DNA from: Octopus vulgaris | Taxonomy: Eukaryota | Assembly: GCA_951406725.2 (NCBI GenBank) | Contig: OX597814.1 | Location: 200,384,001-200,448,000, forward strand | Length of the DNA: 64,000 nt | Direction of reading: 5' to 3' | Shown here: positions 1-14,225 of the stretch, piece by piece | Position numbering within the stretch: position 1 is the stretch's first letter | Layout: every line of letters begins with the position of its first letter | Translations under genes and position numbers: made by a program | The notes under the pieces: generated by a model | Database searches by the model: none | What the model was told of the DNA's origin: nothing | What the model saw: the letters and a program-made list of their open reading frames with translations, nothing else

Positions 1-94
1 ACAGTTCTATGACTGAAACAAGTAAAAAAAAACATGTTTCAATGACTTTGATTTAAATCAGGAATACACTTTTTATTTCAACCTTCATTCACTA

Positions 95-357
95 CTGTTC
101 TACATTTTAGAGATGAGGAATTCTCTACAGTATTTACATTGGGCAGACATGTGTCCTAATCTTGTTTGTCGTAACCACAATGTTTTGACTAATTTACAGC
201 CTTCATCAGGTGTCCTGGTAGAATTTTGAATCCAGCCCTGAGATTCAAAATTCTACCAGGACACCTGATGAAGGCTGTAGAGTAAATCAGTCGAAACGTT
301 GTGGTAACAACAAACAGGATGAGGACACATGTCCGCCCAATGTAAATAATGTAAATA
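95..357. mobile_element. Inverted (palindromic) Penelope-like terminal repeat pair carrying a minimal hammerhead ribozyme motif
   Basis: 131-232 is the near-perfect reverse complement of 242-348, with a 9-nt loop. The + arm reads cac-CTGATGA(265-271)-a-ggctg..cagtc (stem II)-GAAAC-GTT-gtg, with palindromic AACGTT as helix III. Minimal hammerheads in inverted repeats are an established feature of Penelope-like elements. Confidence 0.7.
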
Positions 358-384
358 GTCATCATTCATTGATCGGAATTAAAT

Positions 385-2800
385 TTCACAGATTTTGTTT
401 CAGTTTTGTTCTGTGTAATTTATGAGACAATTCTGATAGACACTGTTATATTTCTTGGGAAATTCAGAAAAATCTCTTTGATCAATACTAAATGAAGTTA
501 ACCAAGCAGAAACACTTAAAATATTATTAACGTGAATAAATAGTCAATTATTTTGTTAAATTTAGTTACAGACATATGTGAATGGAAGAATTAGCTTTGT
601 TTCAAGCAATACAAGTGCAAGCATGACTGTGTGGTTAAGAAACTCTCTTGCAACCACATGGTTTCAAGTTCAATCCCCACAGCATGGTACCTTAGGCAAA
701 TGTCTTCCAGTGTACCGGACTGATCAATGCCTTGTGATTGAAAATGATAGACAGAAACTGTGAGGAAGCCCATCATGTGTGCATATATGTAGATATATAA
801 TCCAAATGGTAAGAAGACAAAGAAATTTTTTAACATATCTTTAATGGTTCATTACAACTGTTTCTGTTCCAACTTTGGCCTGCAATGCCAGCTTATGCAA
901 AACTTTTGAGTGAAAATTGACATAATATTTGTGGTTTTGTGGAAGCACATGGCCAAGGGATTGCAATTTTCAATCTCAGACCGAGCGATGTGTGTATTTA
1001 TGAGTGAAACACCTAAGTACCACTCGGCTCTGGCAGAAGGTAATGGCGAACTTCTGCTGACTCTTTTGCCACAACTTTTTCGCACTCTTTCCTCCTGCAT
1101 CTAGCAGCTCACCTGCGATGGACCGGTGTCCTGTCCAGGTGGGGAACCTATACGCCAAAGAAACTGGGAAACTGGCCCTATGAGCCAGACATGGCTTGAG
1201 AAGGAACAAGCATCAAACGTTTGTGGTTTTAGACATTACAGTGGCACTTCGTCAGACTTGCATCAAAGGTGCAAAATCACATTGTGTGTCTTCTAGACAT
1301 TGCTTTTTGGCTTTTTTTCTTTCCTTCTTTTTGTTTCTTCTTCTTCTTCTTCTTTCTGCTCCTCTTCTATAACCCTACCACATGATCTCTATGCTAATTA
1401 CTCATCTCCTAACAACACTTTTATTTACCTTTTGTTTCCTCCTGAAATAAGCCAAAAACACAAGGTCCAGAAGACACATAATATGCCAACACACCTTTAA
1501 TGCAAGTATGATGAAGTACCTCTGTAATGTATAAAAACCACAAACATTACACAAAAGTTTGAAGTGAAAATTTACGTAAACTGGTGTTGCAAGCAGAGTT
1601 GGTACAGAAATAATTGTAACGAATCATTAAAGATTTCTTAAAAAACACCTTGTCTTTTTATCATTTACTCTTCACCAAACCCACATAAAAGAGTGACAGT
1701 TGCAAAACCAAGATTTTCTACACTTGAAGAATTTTGACATTTGTCTGGAAACCAACAATGTTGATAGCCAAGAATTTGGGGTGAGTGCTTCTCAAGAACT
1801 ATCCAACTTTTATACCCCACCAAGACATACACACACAGAGAGGATCTCTTTGGTTCTAGCGTCCTGATTTGTATATTGTATAGGCCATGTGCTCAGAGCC
1901 CGGTGATTGCTTGGAGACACAAAGTGTGCTGTTAAAATTTCCTTGACTACATCTCCAATGCATGAAACTATTAGTAGTTCATAACTATATTATGTACATT
2001 AAATAATATTTATCTCTCACTGGATGGAGTTTTTGTCGTCGATGTTACCTTAACGAAAAAGTAAACCATGTGTGTGTGTGTGTGTGTGTGCGTGCGCATG
2101 TGTGTATCTGTGTGTCCTTTCCATTGCTTGACAATATTGGCTTGCTTGTGTCTCCATAACTTAGCAGCTCAGCAAAAGTGAACAAATAAATAAGTACCAG
2201 ACTTAAACAAAAGTACTGAGATTGATTTCTTCAACTAAATCCCTTCAACTAAAACTCCAGTATGGCCACAGTCCAATGACTGCAAAACGTAAAAGAAGAG
2301 AAATGAAAGTATTCTAAGCAACAGATTTCTGCTGCTATCCTTTGCTGCATACAAAATCCTAATTTCACTAATGTTTATTACAACGACACCAGCGTTGAAA
2401 TTAAAAGCAAATTTCCAATCCTTCCCATTCAAACAATTGGAATTTTCAGTAATTACTCATCTGAAATGAAAGTAATTTAAATTGCACTTACATTTGTGTA
2501 ATCTATAAATCAAGTACAAATTCTTTCATTGTTCACATGTCTACCAAGATATAAGTAGGTAAGGATGTATGATTGAACACATAAGCACAAGATAAGATGG
2601 TAGTAATGTCACGGGGCTGCATACCTGAACACATAAACAGTTCAAATATTGCTCCAGACATAAAGGCATTTGTATATTTTAAGTATCACTCTATTACTCA
2701 TCAATGCTGGGTTGACTATTTGAGAGGATTTACAGATTTATATAAGAAACCTACCACTGATACAACTGTTTCAAAGAAACACTGTTCCCTATTAACACAC
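385..2800 (+). pseudogene. CATSPER1: Possible decayed CatSper pore subunit, closest to CATSPER1 (S2-S6 remnants; N-terminus probably outside the window)
   Basis: By-eye anchors in order: VLFCVIYE (~403; S2-like IFFCIYVVE); F*VKIDIIFV (~904; FWNNLDFFIM); ITVALRQT (~1235; VTGTLGQS); IVCLLDIAFWLF/SFLL (1281-1329, one frameshift in a T run; ILILMFTCLFLFSAVL); IYVN/LV (~1570; IFLNLV). Interrupted by SINEs. Weakest of the pore-subunit calls. Confidence 0.35.
945..1210 (+). mobile_element. SINE fragment with V-domain-like core
   Basis: cctgcgatggaccggtgtcctgtccagg (~1112-1139) resembles the V-SINE central domain; GC-rich island in AT-rich context. Confidence 0.5.
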
Positions 2801-2862
2801 ACACACGCAATGCTCCGGTATGGTCATAGCCAATAGGCTGAAACTAGTCACCTGTTGTTAAG

Positions 2863-3075
2863 ATGGCAAGCTGGCAGAATCGTTAGCATGCTGTATGAAA
2901 TGCTTAGCAGGATTTCACCTGTCGCTATGTTCTGAGTTCATATTCCGCTGAGGTTGATTTCGCCTTTCATCCTTTCAGGGTTGATAAATTAAGTACCAGT
3001 GAAGAACTGGGGGCCAATATAATCAACTAGTTCCCTTCGCCAAAATTTCAGGCCTTGTGCCTAAAGTAGAAAGGT
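2863..3075 (+). mobile_element. tRNA-derived SINE family A
   Basis: Head gagctggcagaa (A-box-like) ... ttctgagttcaaattcc (B-box-like), then cctttcatcctttcggggtcgataaattaagtaccag. Other copies at approx. 6123-6320, 11067-11270, 13296-13490, 21847-22232, 37842-38057(-), 42122-42513(-), 51546-51778, 54232-54440. Confidence 0.85.
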
Positions 3076-3426
3076 TATTTGTGCATGGCTATGGTGCACA
3101 CAAATAACAACAGGTACTAATTCAGGTATATTCTTACGTAATTAGCTGCAGGTAACACATCCATCTATAGCTATCTGAGCCGATAAAGAAAATTTATAAG
3201 GCTACTTGACCATTGTAGTCATAGCTGTCAAGTGAACAGCATCATCTAAAATGAAAAAGGTAGATTGAATAACATTATGTATAAAGATATATTGATGGGA
3301 TGGTCATGGCTGGAATGACTGATCATATGTGTGCTCCATGAGGTTTAGTTAGGGTTAAATAATGGTAACATTCATCTCATCTATCTGTCTCATTATATCT
3401 TTCACACTGTCTATCTCTCTTATTTT

Positions 3427-3938
3427 CATCATCATCGTTTAACGTCCACTTTCCATGCTAGCATGGGTTGGACGGTTTGACTGAGGGCTGGCGAACCAGA
3501 TGGCTGCACCAAGCTCCAGTCTTGATCTGGCAGAGTTTCTACAGCTGGATGCCCTTCCTAACACCAACCACTCCGAGAGTGTAGTGGGTGCTTTTATGTG
3601 CCACTGGCATGGGGTGGGGTGGGGTGGGGTGGGGGGTAGTCATGCGGTACTGGCAATGACCTTGCTTGAATCTTTTTACACATGCCAATGGCACAGGTAA
3701 GGCAATGCTGGTAACGATCACGCTCAAATGGTGCCTCCTACATGTCACCGGCACAGAAGCCAGTTAGCCCTCTGGCAATGATCACGCTCGGACGATACTC
3801 TTAGCACCCTACTAGCACGGGGCACAAGTACCAGTAAGGTGATGCTGGTAGCGATCACACTCGAATGGTGCCTTTTATGTGCCACTGGCACAGAAGCTGG
3901 TTAGCCACCCTGTCAACGATCATACTCGTATGGTGCTA
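3427..3938 (-). mobile_element. SINE family C with (ATG)n tail and internal tandem subrepeats
   Basis: catcatcatcgtttaacgtc..ccatgctagcatgggttggacgg..ggatgcccttcctaac. Other copies at approx. 13505-13750, 29082-29400, 30447-30855, 31885-32199, 44480-44656, 52985-53122, 53968-54225. Subrepeats cgatcacgctc..atggtgcc recur at 3715-3935. Confidence 0.8.
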
Positions 3939-3956
3939 GAGTTATTTTTATTCTCA

Positions 3957-5208
3957 TAGGCTGTTTCACATGAAATGCCGTATTTGAAAGATAATAAAAT
4001 GTTTCAGAAGTGTTAGATAACTGATTTATTTTATCAAATTATGATCCATGCTCATTTATGACATTTACCCAACATTTCTCCATATCACATATTTCATCTT
4101 TGAAAAGAATTCATCTTTTGCTGTGATAAACTGTCCAAATGCTTCAATTACCTCTTCTCTATTTAAGAATGTTTTATTGCTTATGAAAAGCTCAAAATGC
4201 TTAAATAAGTGATGATCAGTAGGAGAGATATCAGGGGAATAGCAAGAATATTGCAAAATCTCATAATTCCGGCTTTTGCAACTCTTGGACTATAGCTTGA
4301 GAAGTGTGAAGGCATGCATTGTCATGGAGCAAAATTGGGCCATCTTTATTCACTAGTCTGGGCTGCTTCTTTTTCAAATTCTCATGCATACAATCAATTT
4401 CCTGACAATACGATGTTGCTGTTACCATTTTTCCTTGTTGCAAAAATCAATAATGAATAACTCACTTTGCAGAACACCATACAGTGACCACTAACATTTT
4501 AGGATGCCATGGTGGGTTTGGGTAATGTTTAGGTGACTCTCCCACATCTAATCAATGTCCTGTTCTCCTGCTGTTGTCAAAGAGTACCCATTTTTTATCA
4601 CAAGTAATGATTTGATGCAAGAATGGCCTTTTTCCAGTCGAGAAAGCAATAAGGAGCACACTTCAAGGTGTCTGTTTTTTTTTCAATCACATTCATTTGA
4701 TGTGGAACAAAGCTATCTGTTTTCTTAACTTTTCCAATTTTTTACAGGTGTCCAAAAACAGTTGTGCAAGATATTTGGAGTTCTGATGAAAGTTTTCGAA
4801 CCTTAGTTCTTGGATTTTGTTCAACCAAAGCATTTAATCTATCATATCAAATAACTGATTTTGGCTTACCCCTTGGTTTATTTTCAAGGCTATCATCTCC
4901 TGAATGTGAGCTTTGGAACCATCTCTAAACAGTTCTGATGTCAATAGAACCATTACCAAAGGTCTGCTTGTTATTCCATAGAGCATCTGTGACAGAGTGA
5001 CCCAGTTTGTACTCATACAAGCAAATTCACTTAACATAGTTTGATTGTTATCATTTTCATAAGGTCTGTGGGTATGAATTTTGTATACCAATATTGTTGG
5101 GAAAGAAAAAGAGTCAAGATTAAATGCAAGGTATACATCATTGAGTTTTTAAATGACTGAAATAACAAGTAATTAAAAATGTGACATTTCATGTGAAATA
5201 ACCCAATA
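3957..5208 (-). mobile_element. Full-length degenerate mariner (Mos1/SETMAR-type) DNA transposon
   Basis: TIR core ttcacatgaaatg at both ends (~3965, and reverse complement ~5185). Minus-strand ORF pieces contain YSPDISPTDHHLF (YSPDLAPSDYHLF motif) and ILLHDNA. Length ~1.25 kb; frameshifted. Confidence 0.9.
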
Positions 5209-6832
5209 TATATAATCTACCAAAACTTTAATGTATGCATGTGTGTATATATAGGTATTTAAATATATTTTGGTAAATCAATATGCATGTATTTGTATGT
5301 ATTTTACAAGTTTCAACCTACTGGCTGTGATTTGTAGAAGATTTGGCTGCTATATCTAGCAGGTCAAATGATGACATTGAAACTCTTGTTGTTTAGCCCC
5401 AAGCCAGCCTTAATAGAGTATATCCATAATTAAAGGCATTCTCTTAGCTTTGCATGTCTAGAACTATATTATTCAATGCAAGCATACTTTCCAAGGTGGC
5501 AGAGTGTAATTTAAAGGAAATTTGGTTGTTATATCTAGCCAGTAGAGTTATCAACTAGTGACTCTCTTTCATGTGGCATCTGTATCAGCAATTTATATAT
5601 TTTTACAAGTCCTACTAATCAAGTTTTCAAAAGCAAGCTTGTAACTTGATTCCGTTTATTCTCCATTCTTTGGTTATTGCACTGTATCAGAATACATGCA
5701 AGGCTCCTGCAACATTCATCACATCTACATAACTAATTACCTTATCATTATCAACATCAATAGTGTTGATATCTTTGTGGTCAAGGCTGAAAAGACAAAC
5801 CTTTTATATTGGCTTTTCCAATCATTATTCCAACAAAGGATATAAAGTTTGCAGTAAGAGGAGAAGAATTGATTTATTATTTTTTTTTAACCAAGCTGGC
5901 AGAAATGTTAGCTATGAAAAAAAAAAAGGCCTCATAGTATTTCTTCTAGCTCTTTACAATCTGAGTTCAAATCTTACAAAAGTCATCTCTACACTTAATT
6001 TCTTCAAGGTCAAATGAAATAAAGTACCAGTCAAGTACTATGTGGCGGGTACTAACACTCTGCCCTCAAAATTGTTGATTTTGTGCCTAATTCATAAGGT
6101 ATTATTATCATTATTACTATTAAGGCAGTGAGCTGGCAAAATCATTAGCATGCTGGGCGAAATGCTTAAAGATATTTCGTCAGCCACTACGTTCTGAGTT
6201 CAAATTCTGCCGAGGTCAACTTTGCCTTTCATCCTTTCGGTGTCGATAAATTGAGTACCAGTAGAACACTGGGGACCCCTTCCCACAAATTTCAGGCTTT
6301 GTGCTTTTAGTAGAAAGGATTATTATTATTATTATTATTATTATTATTGAGTGAGAGATCAGTGCATGCCATCAAAGTGACACTGGGGTAAAATATACAA
6401 AGTCCAGTATACCCATCATGACTACCTGTCTGATAAGGGTACACATGCATCACAACCATATGTGCATGACGTGTGGCTCAGTTAGAATTTTCTTCTGGTT
6501 GAGTAACCTATCCTGCTCAAAAGGTCCCTGATTAAGGGTTGCTTAAGGATGTTGAACAAAACATTCATGTTTCCAAAGATAAATTATCCAAGCCCCAAAG
6601 AATTCCTCTCAACACATGGCTCTAATGCTCCTCACTACTTCTGCTCATGATCAGAGATGCACATATCGTCAGCCACTAAGGGACATGCAGCTGGCAAGCA
6701 AATCTGTGGTACTGAGCAGAATATTTGCTGTAGCCCATCTTTTATACCAAGCCAAAACAATGTACATGATAACACTTCCAATCAGTTAAGATGAGAAGCC
6801 ATGAGAACCACTGCCTAGTACTGCATCAGAGC

Positions 6833-6869
<37 letters not shown>

Positions 6870-7451
6870 ATTAATTGCCAAATCGTTAGTGCATCAGACA
6901 AAATGCCTAATGGTATTTTTCTTCTTGCTCTTCAATTTCTGAGTTCAAATTCTGCCAATGTTGACTTAGCCTTTCATCCTCCTGGGTTGGAAAAGTAGGT
7001 GTGATAATGATAATGTTCTGTACTGCACATCAGAGTGGCTTAAAGGTCTCAGTAGAATATCAGTTTCTTTTTTTCTCCAAGAAGTTACTTAACCATTTTG
7101 AGAGAAGAGGCTTCCTATGTGGAATGAGACAACAGGGCACAGCTGGCTTCATATTTAATCTGGTTAAGCAACAATACTTTTTGAGTTGGAGGTAAACACA
7201 CACATACATACATACACATGTATGTGTGGGTGTGTACTTGGAAATATACAGAGGAAGGGAGTAGAGAGAGGGAAAGGAGAATAGCGAGGGAAAAGGAGAG
7301 GAGGGGTAGAAACAGTGGAGAGGAATTGAGACGAGAGAAGGGGGGAAAGTAGTGGGAGAGAGGAGGAAGAAAAAGATATAATTCATTTATGTAACATGAT
7401 TGACATGAATAATTTCCCTTTCTTCATATAAATAGAAAAATAAGCTCTTAT

Positions 7452-7556
<105 letters not shown>

Positions 7557-10500
7557 GGAGGAAACAAGAAATTAGAGGCATTAAAACAGGTGTCAAGTAA
7601 GTCATCATCGAATCAGTATATCATCCAATACACGGAACCAGAACATCTCATAACCCTTCCCATGACCTTTCTCACAGTGCAATAAAGGCAATACTAGCAG
7701 AGAGAAACAGAGAGAAGAATCAACTCCAGTGCTTGACCGGTGCTTCATTTTATTGACCTCCAGAAGCATAAGACACAAAAATGGATCTTGCAGGATTTGA
7801 ACTCAGTGATCCAAAACACATACTGCAAGACGTTCTATCTATTGTGTGCAAATGATTGCAATTTGCCTCCTAGATCATAGATAAAATAATAGATTAGCCA
7901 AATGTTATTCCAATAATAAACTGTAAGTAAAAAAAAAAAAATGTATTTAGTGGGAAATGATGGTAGAATAGAGTTTAGGGGAAATAATACAATATCCATT
8001 TCCATAATGATTTACAGTAATAAATAAATAAAAATATGTAACAAATATAACTTGAAGACTAGATCAGAGGAATGATGACAAATTCTAGCAAGATAGCAAA
8101 ATCGATCAATAGCTGCAAGATAGATAGATAGATAGATACGGAGACTAGGAGAGTGACAGGGTAGAAACAGTGAGTGAGTGGAAGACTTAGATGATTTAGC
8201 AGTTGTGGTCAGCTAAGGGAGATGAATGATAGAGTAACAAGATTAATCTACTCTGCAACACACAGACAGACAGGTTGGTGAATTTGGAAATATGATAACC
8301 AGAAAATAGTCTATAATATGCACCGTCTCTGTAGCAATTGATTACGGCAAAATCTCAATATTTAGAGTATCAATAAAAATTTTGGGAATCCCATCTAGAT
8401 GCTGTCAGCTACGAAAGACTTTTATTCAAGATACTGGGAATTGAATTTGTAAGAAGAACTTCTCTAAAACTTTAAGAGCTGTTGGTAAAACTGGTTGAAA
8501 CAGACAGTTTTAAAAAAATGTGGTTAAAAAAGAAGAAAACTCAAGCATTTGGCATGCATTTCAAGCATACATTTTGTGGCAAAGTCAATAAGCAGAACAG
8601 TCTAACTATAAAGGACCAATCGATTATTACTGGTTAGAGACATATTTTCTCGGTCTATTCTATAAATTTATTGATATGTTTTCCCTAAGAGAATAATCCT
8701 ACTATAGATACAGAAAATGGATTTTCCCATGGGAAGAAATATCTGCTATTCTCTTTATATATTGATCTGTTTCTGATGAAGATTAAAGTATGTTCTAATA
8801 TTGATTTTTCTTTACATTTACAACATAATGAATATAGATAATGCACTAGCCTTCTTTCATTAATTAAAACCTCCTACATGGACACATATGGATTCTTTTC
8901 TTACTGCATAAACTGTTTACATGCACTAAACAGCTATAATGATATATCACATGCTATCGAAATTCCTTAATCCTATGTTTATTTCTGGTGCATTTCAATT
9001 TACTAAATTTCTTTTGCTATATACTTTCATGTGTTTCATTATAGAACCATTTAGAGAATGCTTGTCTCAAGGAATACATTTACAGCAAGGGACTGAGGCC
9101 ATGGAATGTATGTATCCCTATCAGGGTGGCTTTTGAAATTTTTCAGAAAGCAGCATGCCAGTAGGAACGATAATGGTGCCTGTATAACCCCAGGTTAACC
9201 CCGATGGAGCAGACAAATGATCAAAAGCAGGCTAGCTTTGGCCATTCCCCACTAGGATCACATTATACACTGTACTTTTTCCTTCTAGGACAATCAGGTA
9301 TGAATTGTGGGAATTTAGTTTCTCTTTCTACCAAGCTGACTGCCTGCCTTGAGGTTACCCAGTTTGCTTATGGGTGATGTGTGTAACTGGCATGTAATCA
9401 TGTGGAGAAATTTGTTTTGTTTCGTTTAGAGCTAATAGATGTAGGCAGACAAGTCTGTAGCTGAAGGATAGCTGTCTGTGATTTAAGCAATTACTGTGTA
9501 AAGTAAAGCATTTGAACAATTGGAGAAATGAGATAAATTCTATAAGAATTTCTGATATTGTTGTTATTAAATAATATAAAGGCCTACTATCCTGAAATTT
9601 AAGTTCTTAGCTGTTAATTTGTGCACAATCCCTGACTACCTCAATCAGTTTATCTACCTATTTCTCTGCCAAAAGTGTACATAAATCACTTATTCCATCA
9701 TACTGCTAATCCCCAAAAATTTGCATCTATGATTCCTTGTCTACAAGCTGTCTAGCTGAGGCACCCCGCCATCATGCCTCATGCACACACCTCCATGCCA
9801 TATATAATTTATTCATTCATCATCAGTTTATCATTCACTTTATATACTTCATACATACTTCAATTAGAGTAGTTCATGGATCAAAGAGTACTTATTGATC
9901 AAACAGAAAAGAGTGGAAAGAAAATTTGAATGATAAACTTCATGATGCCTTAACATGGTTGAACAAAACAGAGTTAATGGTGGAACCTCTATATGGTGAT
10001 ATTAGTTGGTAGAAATAGCAACCCAATCTTCCTCAAATCATGCACTCTGCCAGCTTTAGAAAACCAAGAAAAGGCACTGGCCTATGGTTAAACAGCAATA
10101 ATACACCATTTTTAATTCATATCACATGTTCTCTTGTCTTTCTGAACAAAAATACAGACACTAAATTAGAAAGCTAAGTTGTTGCTGTAGATATAAACTC
10201 TTTGCAGAGATTTATTACAAAACTTAAGGAATTAAGATTACCATGAATGAATGTATCTCCTTTGAACAACTTTGCTACAATTCCCATCTGAATTCCTGGT
10301 GGAATATTAGCATTATTTAACATAGTAAGTCACAATCCCAGGCTAAAACTGAAATAGAAGTCACTATCAACAATTTTGCTGACATTTAAATTTTGACTAA
10401 ATAAGTATATGATGTCAAAGCCGTATGTTCAATATACATTTATTTAGTCTTTCTGTAAAAGTAGATTCTTTAGTTAAACTATGGAGCATTTAGCAGCTTG

Positions 10501-11529
10501 GAATAAGGATCAAAGAAAGTGATTTTGTCTTATATTAGATCTCATCAGGGATCACTTACCTTTGCCTTCCAAACTGTTAAAAGACATTATTATAAATGCA
10601 AGCATGATAATGAATGGCACAATGTATTTATATAGCAATGTTATAAGTGGTATTATTTTCAATAATTAACAATTTTATGTTGATAAGGATCATGAGATCT
10701 TTTGTTTCAATGTTAGATATCTTGATCATAGAATTTCACCAGCAAAATGCCAAATATCTACTTAATATAGCTTACTGTTACAATATTGATTCGCTATTTA
10801 ATTCTTGTGAAATAATTTTACTTATGAGCTAATGTCAAATGATTGGCAAACAGATTTACATTCATCTTGAGCGACAGAAACTGAAGGATCATGTCAGTTG
10901 TTCAATATATAGTTTGGATCATCATTGGAAAAGAATGTACCTGTAGGTATAATAGTGTAAATTTAGTAGAAAATAAGAAAATGGTAATGGAGATAGCACC
11001 AACATCACCACCACTTCCTCCAGTCACTTCTAAATGTCATTTTGATTATAATACATACTAATATAAAGGCAGTGAGCTGGTAGAAATGTTGGGCAAAATG
11101 CTTAGTGGTATTTTGTCTGTCTTTACATTCTGAATTCAAATTTCGCCGAAATTGACTTTGCCTTTTATTCTTTTGGGGTCGATAAATTATGTACCAGTTG
11201 CATACTGGTCGATCAAATCAACTGGCCCTCGCCCCTCAAATTCCAGGCCTTGTGCCTAGAGTAGAAATGAATACATACTAATACAACCACACACAAAACA
11301 GCATGCCAACATGAAGGCTTTAAGGTAGAAGCTGGAGTTGCATAAAGATAATAAAGGGAAAATCTTCCTCAAACCACACTTTAATGTCTTACATAAGGAA
11401 AAGTAACAGTTAAACCCTTAAATGGACTGGTTATCTTCACTCATAGTTGTGTTCATTCAGAGCTGATTTGGGGTTAAAACATCAACCATTCATAATACTA
11501 AATAGATATGTGTCAGGAACACATCTATC

Positions 11530-12140
11530 AATCTGGTTGGGAAACTTGCCCAGACCAATGCAACTCTTCTATGACAGGTGTTCCAATCTTCTATAACATA
11601 TCTCCTACTTGATATCCGGTACCTGCCCAATAAGTTGATCAATATATGTTCTTTTTGGACTGCCATTATCTTTATGTCCATACAAGAACTTCTTGAGGAA
11701 GGGATCACTGAATATTTCATTCTTGCTTCTCCTGCAGTGTTCTGCATAATATGTTCTTTCTCTGATTACAAAGGTGATGGTAGGAAGACTGCCATTAAGT
11801 CATTACTTTGTAGATTGTTGCTGCCAAGAAAGATTGAGATCGGCACAAAGCATTCTCATGTCTGTATTGTCTTCTTTTCAAGTTTCTTGTTCAGTGTCCA
11901 TGCTGTAGAGCCAAATAGAAGCATCAATTTATTGGCTGCCTTAAAGAGAAATTCCTTTTCATATTGTTAGGAAGAGAGGACTTTTATATAATTCCAAGTC
12001 TGTGTAGGGTGTTCCGTGCTTTTGCAATCCTTATCTGGACATCCATTTCTGTTGAAGCAATATTACTTCCCAGGTAAGTAAGGCATCAATCATCTTTAGA
12101 TCGGTATCGTTCTAAGCATATATATCCCCTGTCACATTAT
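11530..12140 (-). mobile_element. Degenerate RTE-type LINE 3' fragment
   Basis: Minus strand gives YLGSN.., RIAKA, LYSMD..LNK and HC..SK-type RTE C-terminal motifs, broken by stops and frameshifts. Confidence 0.55.
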
Positions 12141-12464
12141 AGCTCATGTACTAGCATTGTCATGTAGTCATATTTGTGCAGCAATAGATACTACTACTAA
12201 CAATAACAACAACAGCTTAAGGTCACTCCTATTGCAAATATGTTAGTTTTATTCCTTTTCAGCTATCATTATTTTTATAGTAAAATCAATCAGTCCATTA
12301 AGGGAACCTATATGTAGCTATCTTGTCTGTTAGAAATAGCTGCCAAATGTTCCTTAACCCACACTCAATTTTATATAAATAAAGTATATATTATGTAATG
12401 TAGTCTTAGATATATTCCTAAAATGACAGGATAGTCCCATTTGGAATGCTTTTTGATCATAATA

Positions 12465-12900
12465 ATGATAATAATGAAAGTATTGTATACAGTGCTCAGG
12501 TGCACCACAACTTGTCAAAAGTGCGTATAAAGTATATGCAGTAATATACAAATGTCTGGAAAGCGAACCGTGTATGAGTCAGATATATGCTCGCGTGTGT
12601 ATGGAGGGGAGAAAATCAGGTGTAGTGTTAGCGAATCTCAGGAAGTATGGAAGTTTTGAAGGATCCAGTGTTCCGACAACTAACAACTGATGCGGGCAGT
12701 CTGTTCCATGCTTCAGCAACTCTTAGCGTGAAAAAACGTTTCCGAAAGTCAAGGGAGCTGTGCTGTTTTCTGACTTTATAAACATGTGTATGTGTGCGTG
12801 TATGTGTGTGTATGTATGTATAATAATAATGAAATTATTGTATACAGTGCTCAGATGCACCACAACTTGTCAGAAAGTGCTTATAGATTATGCATAGATT
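12465..12900 (-). mobile_element. 3' end of a CR1/L2-type LINE plus a short second 3' end
   Basis: Minus-strand TFF.LRVAEAWN.LPA motif. The terminus gtatacagtgctcaggtgcaccacaac with (ATT)-rich tail recurs at 12840 and, inverted, at ~21790-21830. Confidence 0.65.
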
Positions 12901-13749
12901 TGTTTGACCTGGAGTTAAACAACAACTGAATTTATTGGGTCAATTATAGCTGTTTCTTGGTGAGATGCAAAAACATCTCTGAAAGTGATGCATATTGTTT
13001 CTTATGTGAACAGCTGCATCTTATGGTAGTTGATTGGTAGGATGCCAGGAAAAATGACTTTGCAGTATTTAGCTATGGTCAGCCCTTTCCATTCTGATTT
13101 CAAATTTTGCTGAGTTCAACATGTATTTCATCTTTGGTGGCTCAATAAAATAAACTACTAATCATGTACTGAGTCAATATTATCCTCTGTTCCATCTTCC
13201 AAAGTAATAGGTCTGATCGCCTATTGCTAAATATATCTGTGATAGCAATTCTACCAGCTCACAGCTTTTGCTGTTGTTGTTGTTATTATTATTATGGTGG
13301 CAAGCTAGCAGAATCCTTAGCATGCCAGGCAAAATGCTTAATGGCATTTTGTCTGTCTTTATGCTCAGAGTTAAAATTCCGCCAAGGTCAACTTTGCCTT
13401 TCATCCTTTCAGGGTCAATTAAATAGGTACCAGTGAAACTAATCCCCTCCCCACAAATTTCAGGCCTTATGCCTATAGTAGAAAGGATTATTATTATATC
13501 ATTATTCATTTAATATCTGTTGTCCATGCTTGCTGGGTTGGATGGTTTGACCAGAGCTGGCAAGCAGCACCAGACTCTAGTCTGATTTGGCATAGTTTCT
13601 ACAGCTGGATGCCCTTCCGAACACCAACCACTTTACAGAATGTGCTGGAAGCTTTTATGTGGTACTGCACATGCGTTTTTACATGACACTGCAAGGGCGT
13701 TTTTATGTGACACCACCACAAGTGCTTTTTACATAGCACTGGCCCAGGA

Positions 13750-14225
13750 CTCTTGCAGATCAATCTTCACCACTGGTGGGGACTGGTCTTAACACTTCTG
13801 CAGCAGAGTATGGGTCTTCTTGAGTTCAGCAAGGCACCAGGCATATCGGTCCTTTGTCATCTCACCTGATGGGTTCAGCATCCTGATGTCATTCTTCAGC
13901 ACTTCGTCCCATGTCTTCCACTTGCATGTGCTCCATCTACTTTGAGAGATCAGCACTTCTTTATGGAGCTGTTGGCATCCATCCTCATCATTTGACCAAA
14001 CCAGTGCATTCTTCTCTCTTGCACACAGTACCAATTCCACTTACGCTTCTCTTCTCTCTCAATGCATGACCACTCTGTCAAACAAGTACACCAACATTAC
14101 ACATCCAGCAGAGCATACTAGCCTCATTTCTTTCTAACCTTTGCATATCCTCTGCATTCAGGGCCCTTGTCTCACTACCATGTAGAATTGCTGTCTGTAT
14201 ACAATGCATCATACTATTCTTAATC
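13750..14225 (-). mobile_element. RTE LINE 3' fragment
   Basis: ORF 13789-14040 KTWDEVLKNDIR..MTKDR..W matches the RTE C-terminus; LHGSET.ALNAED upstream. Confidence 0.7.

Noticed and set aside
3640-3935. Regularly recurring motifs suggestive of a CRISPR-like array
   Set aside because: Degenerate tandem subrepeats internal to SINE family C, with related spacers, eukaryotic context and no cas genes
10560-10573. Minus-strand 14-nt microexon (aacag/..../gtaagt)
   Set aside because: Overlaps the + strand CATSPERE anchor ISSGITY, is not a multiple of three, and has no coherent partner exons
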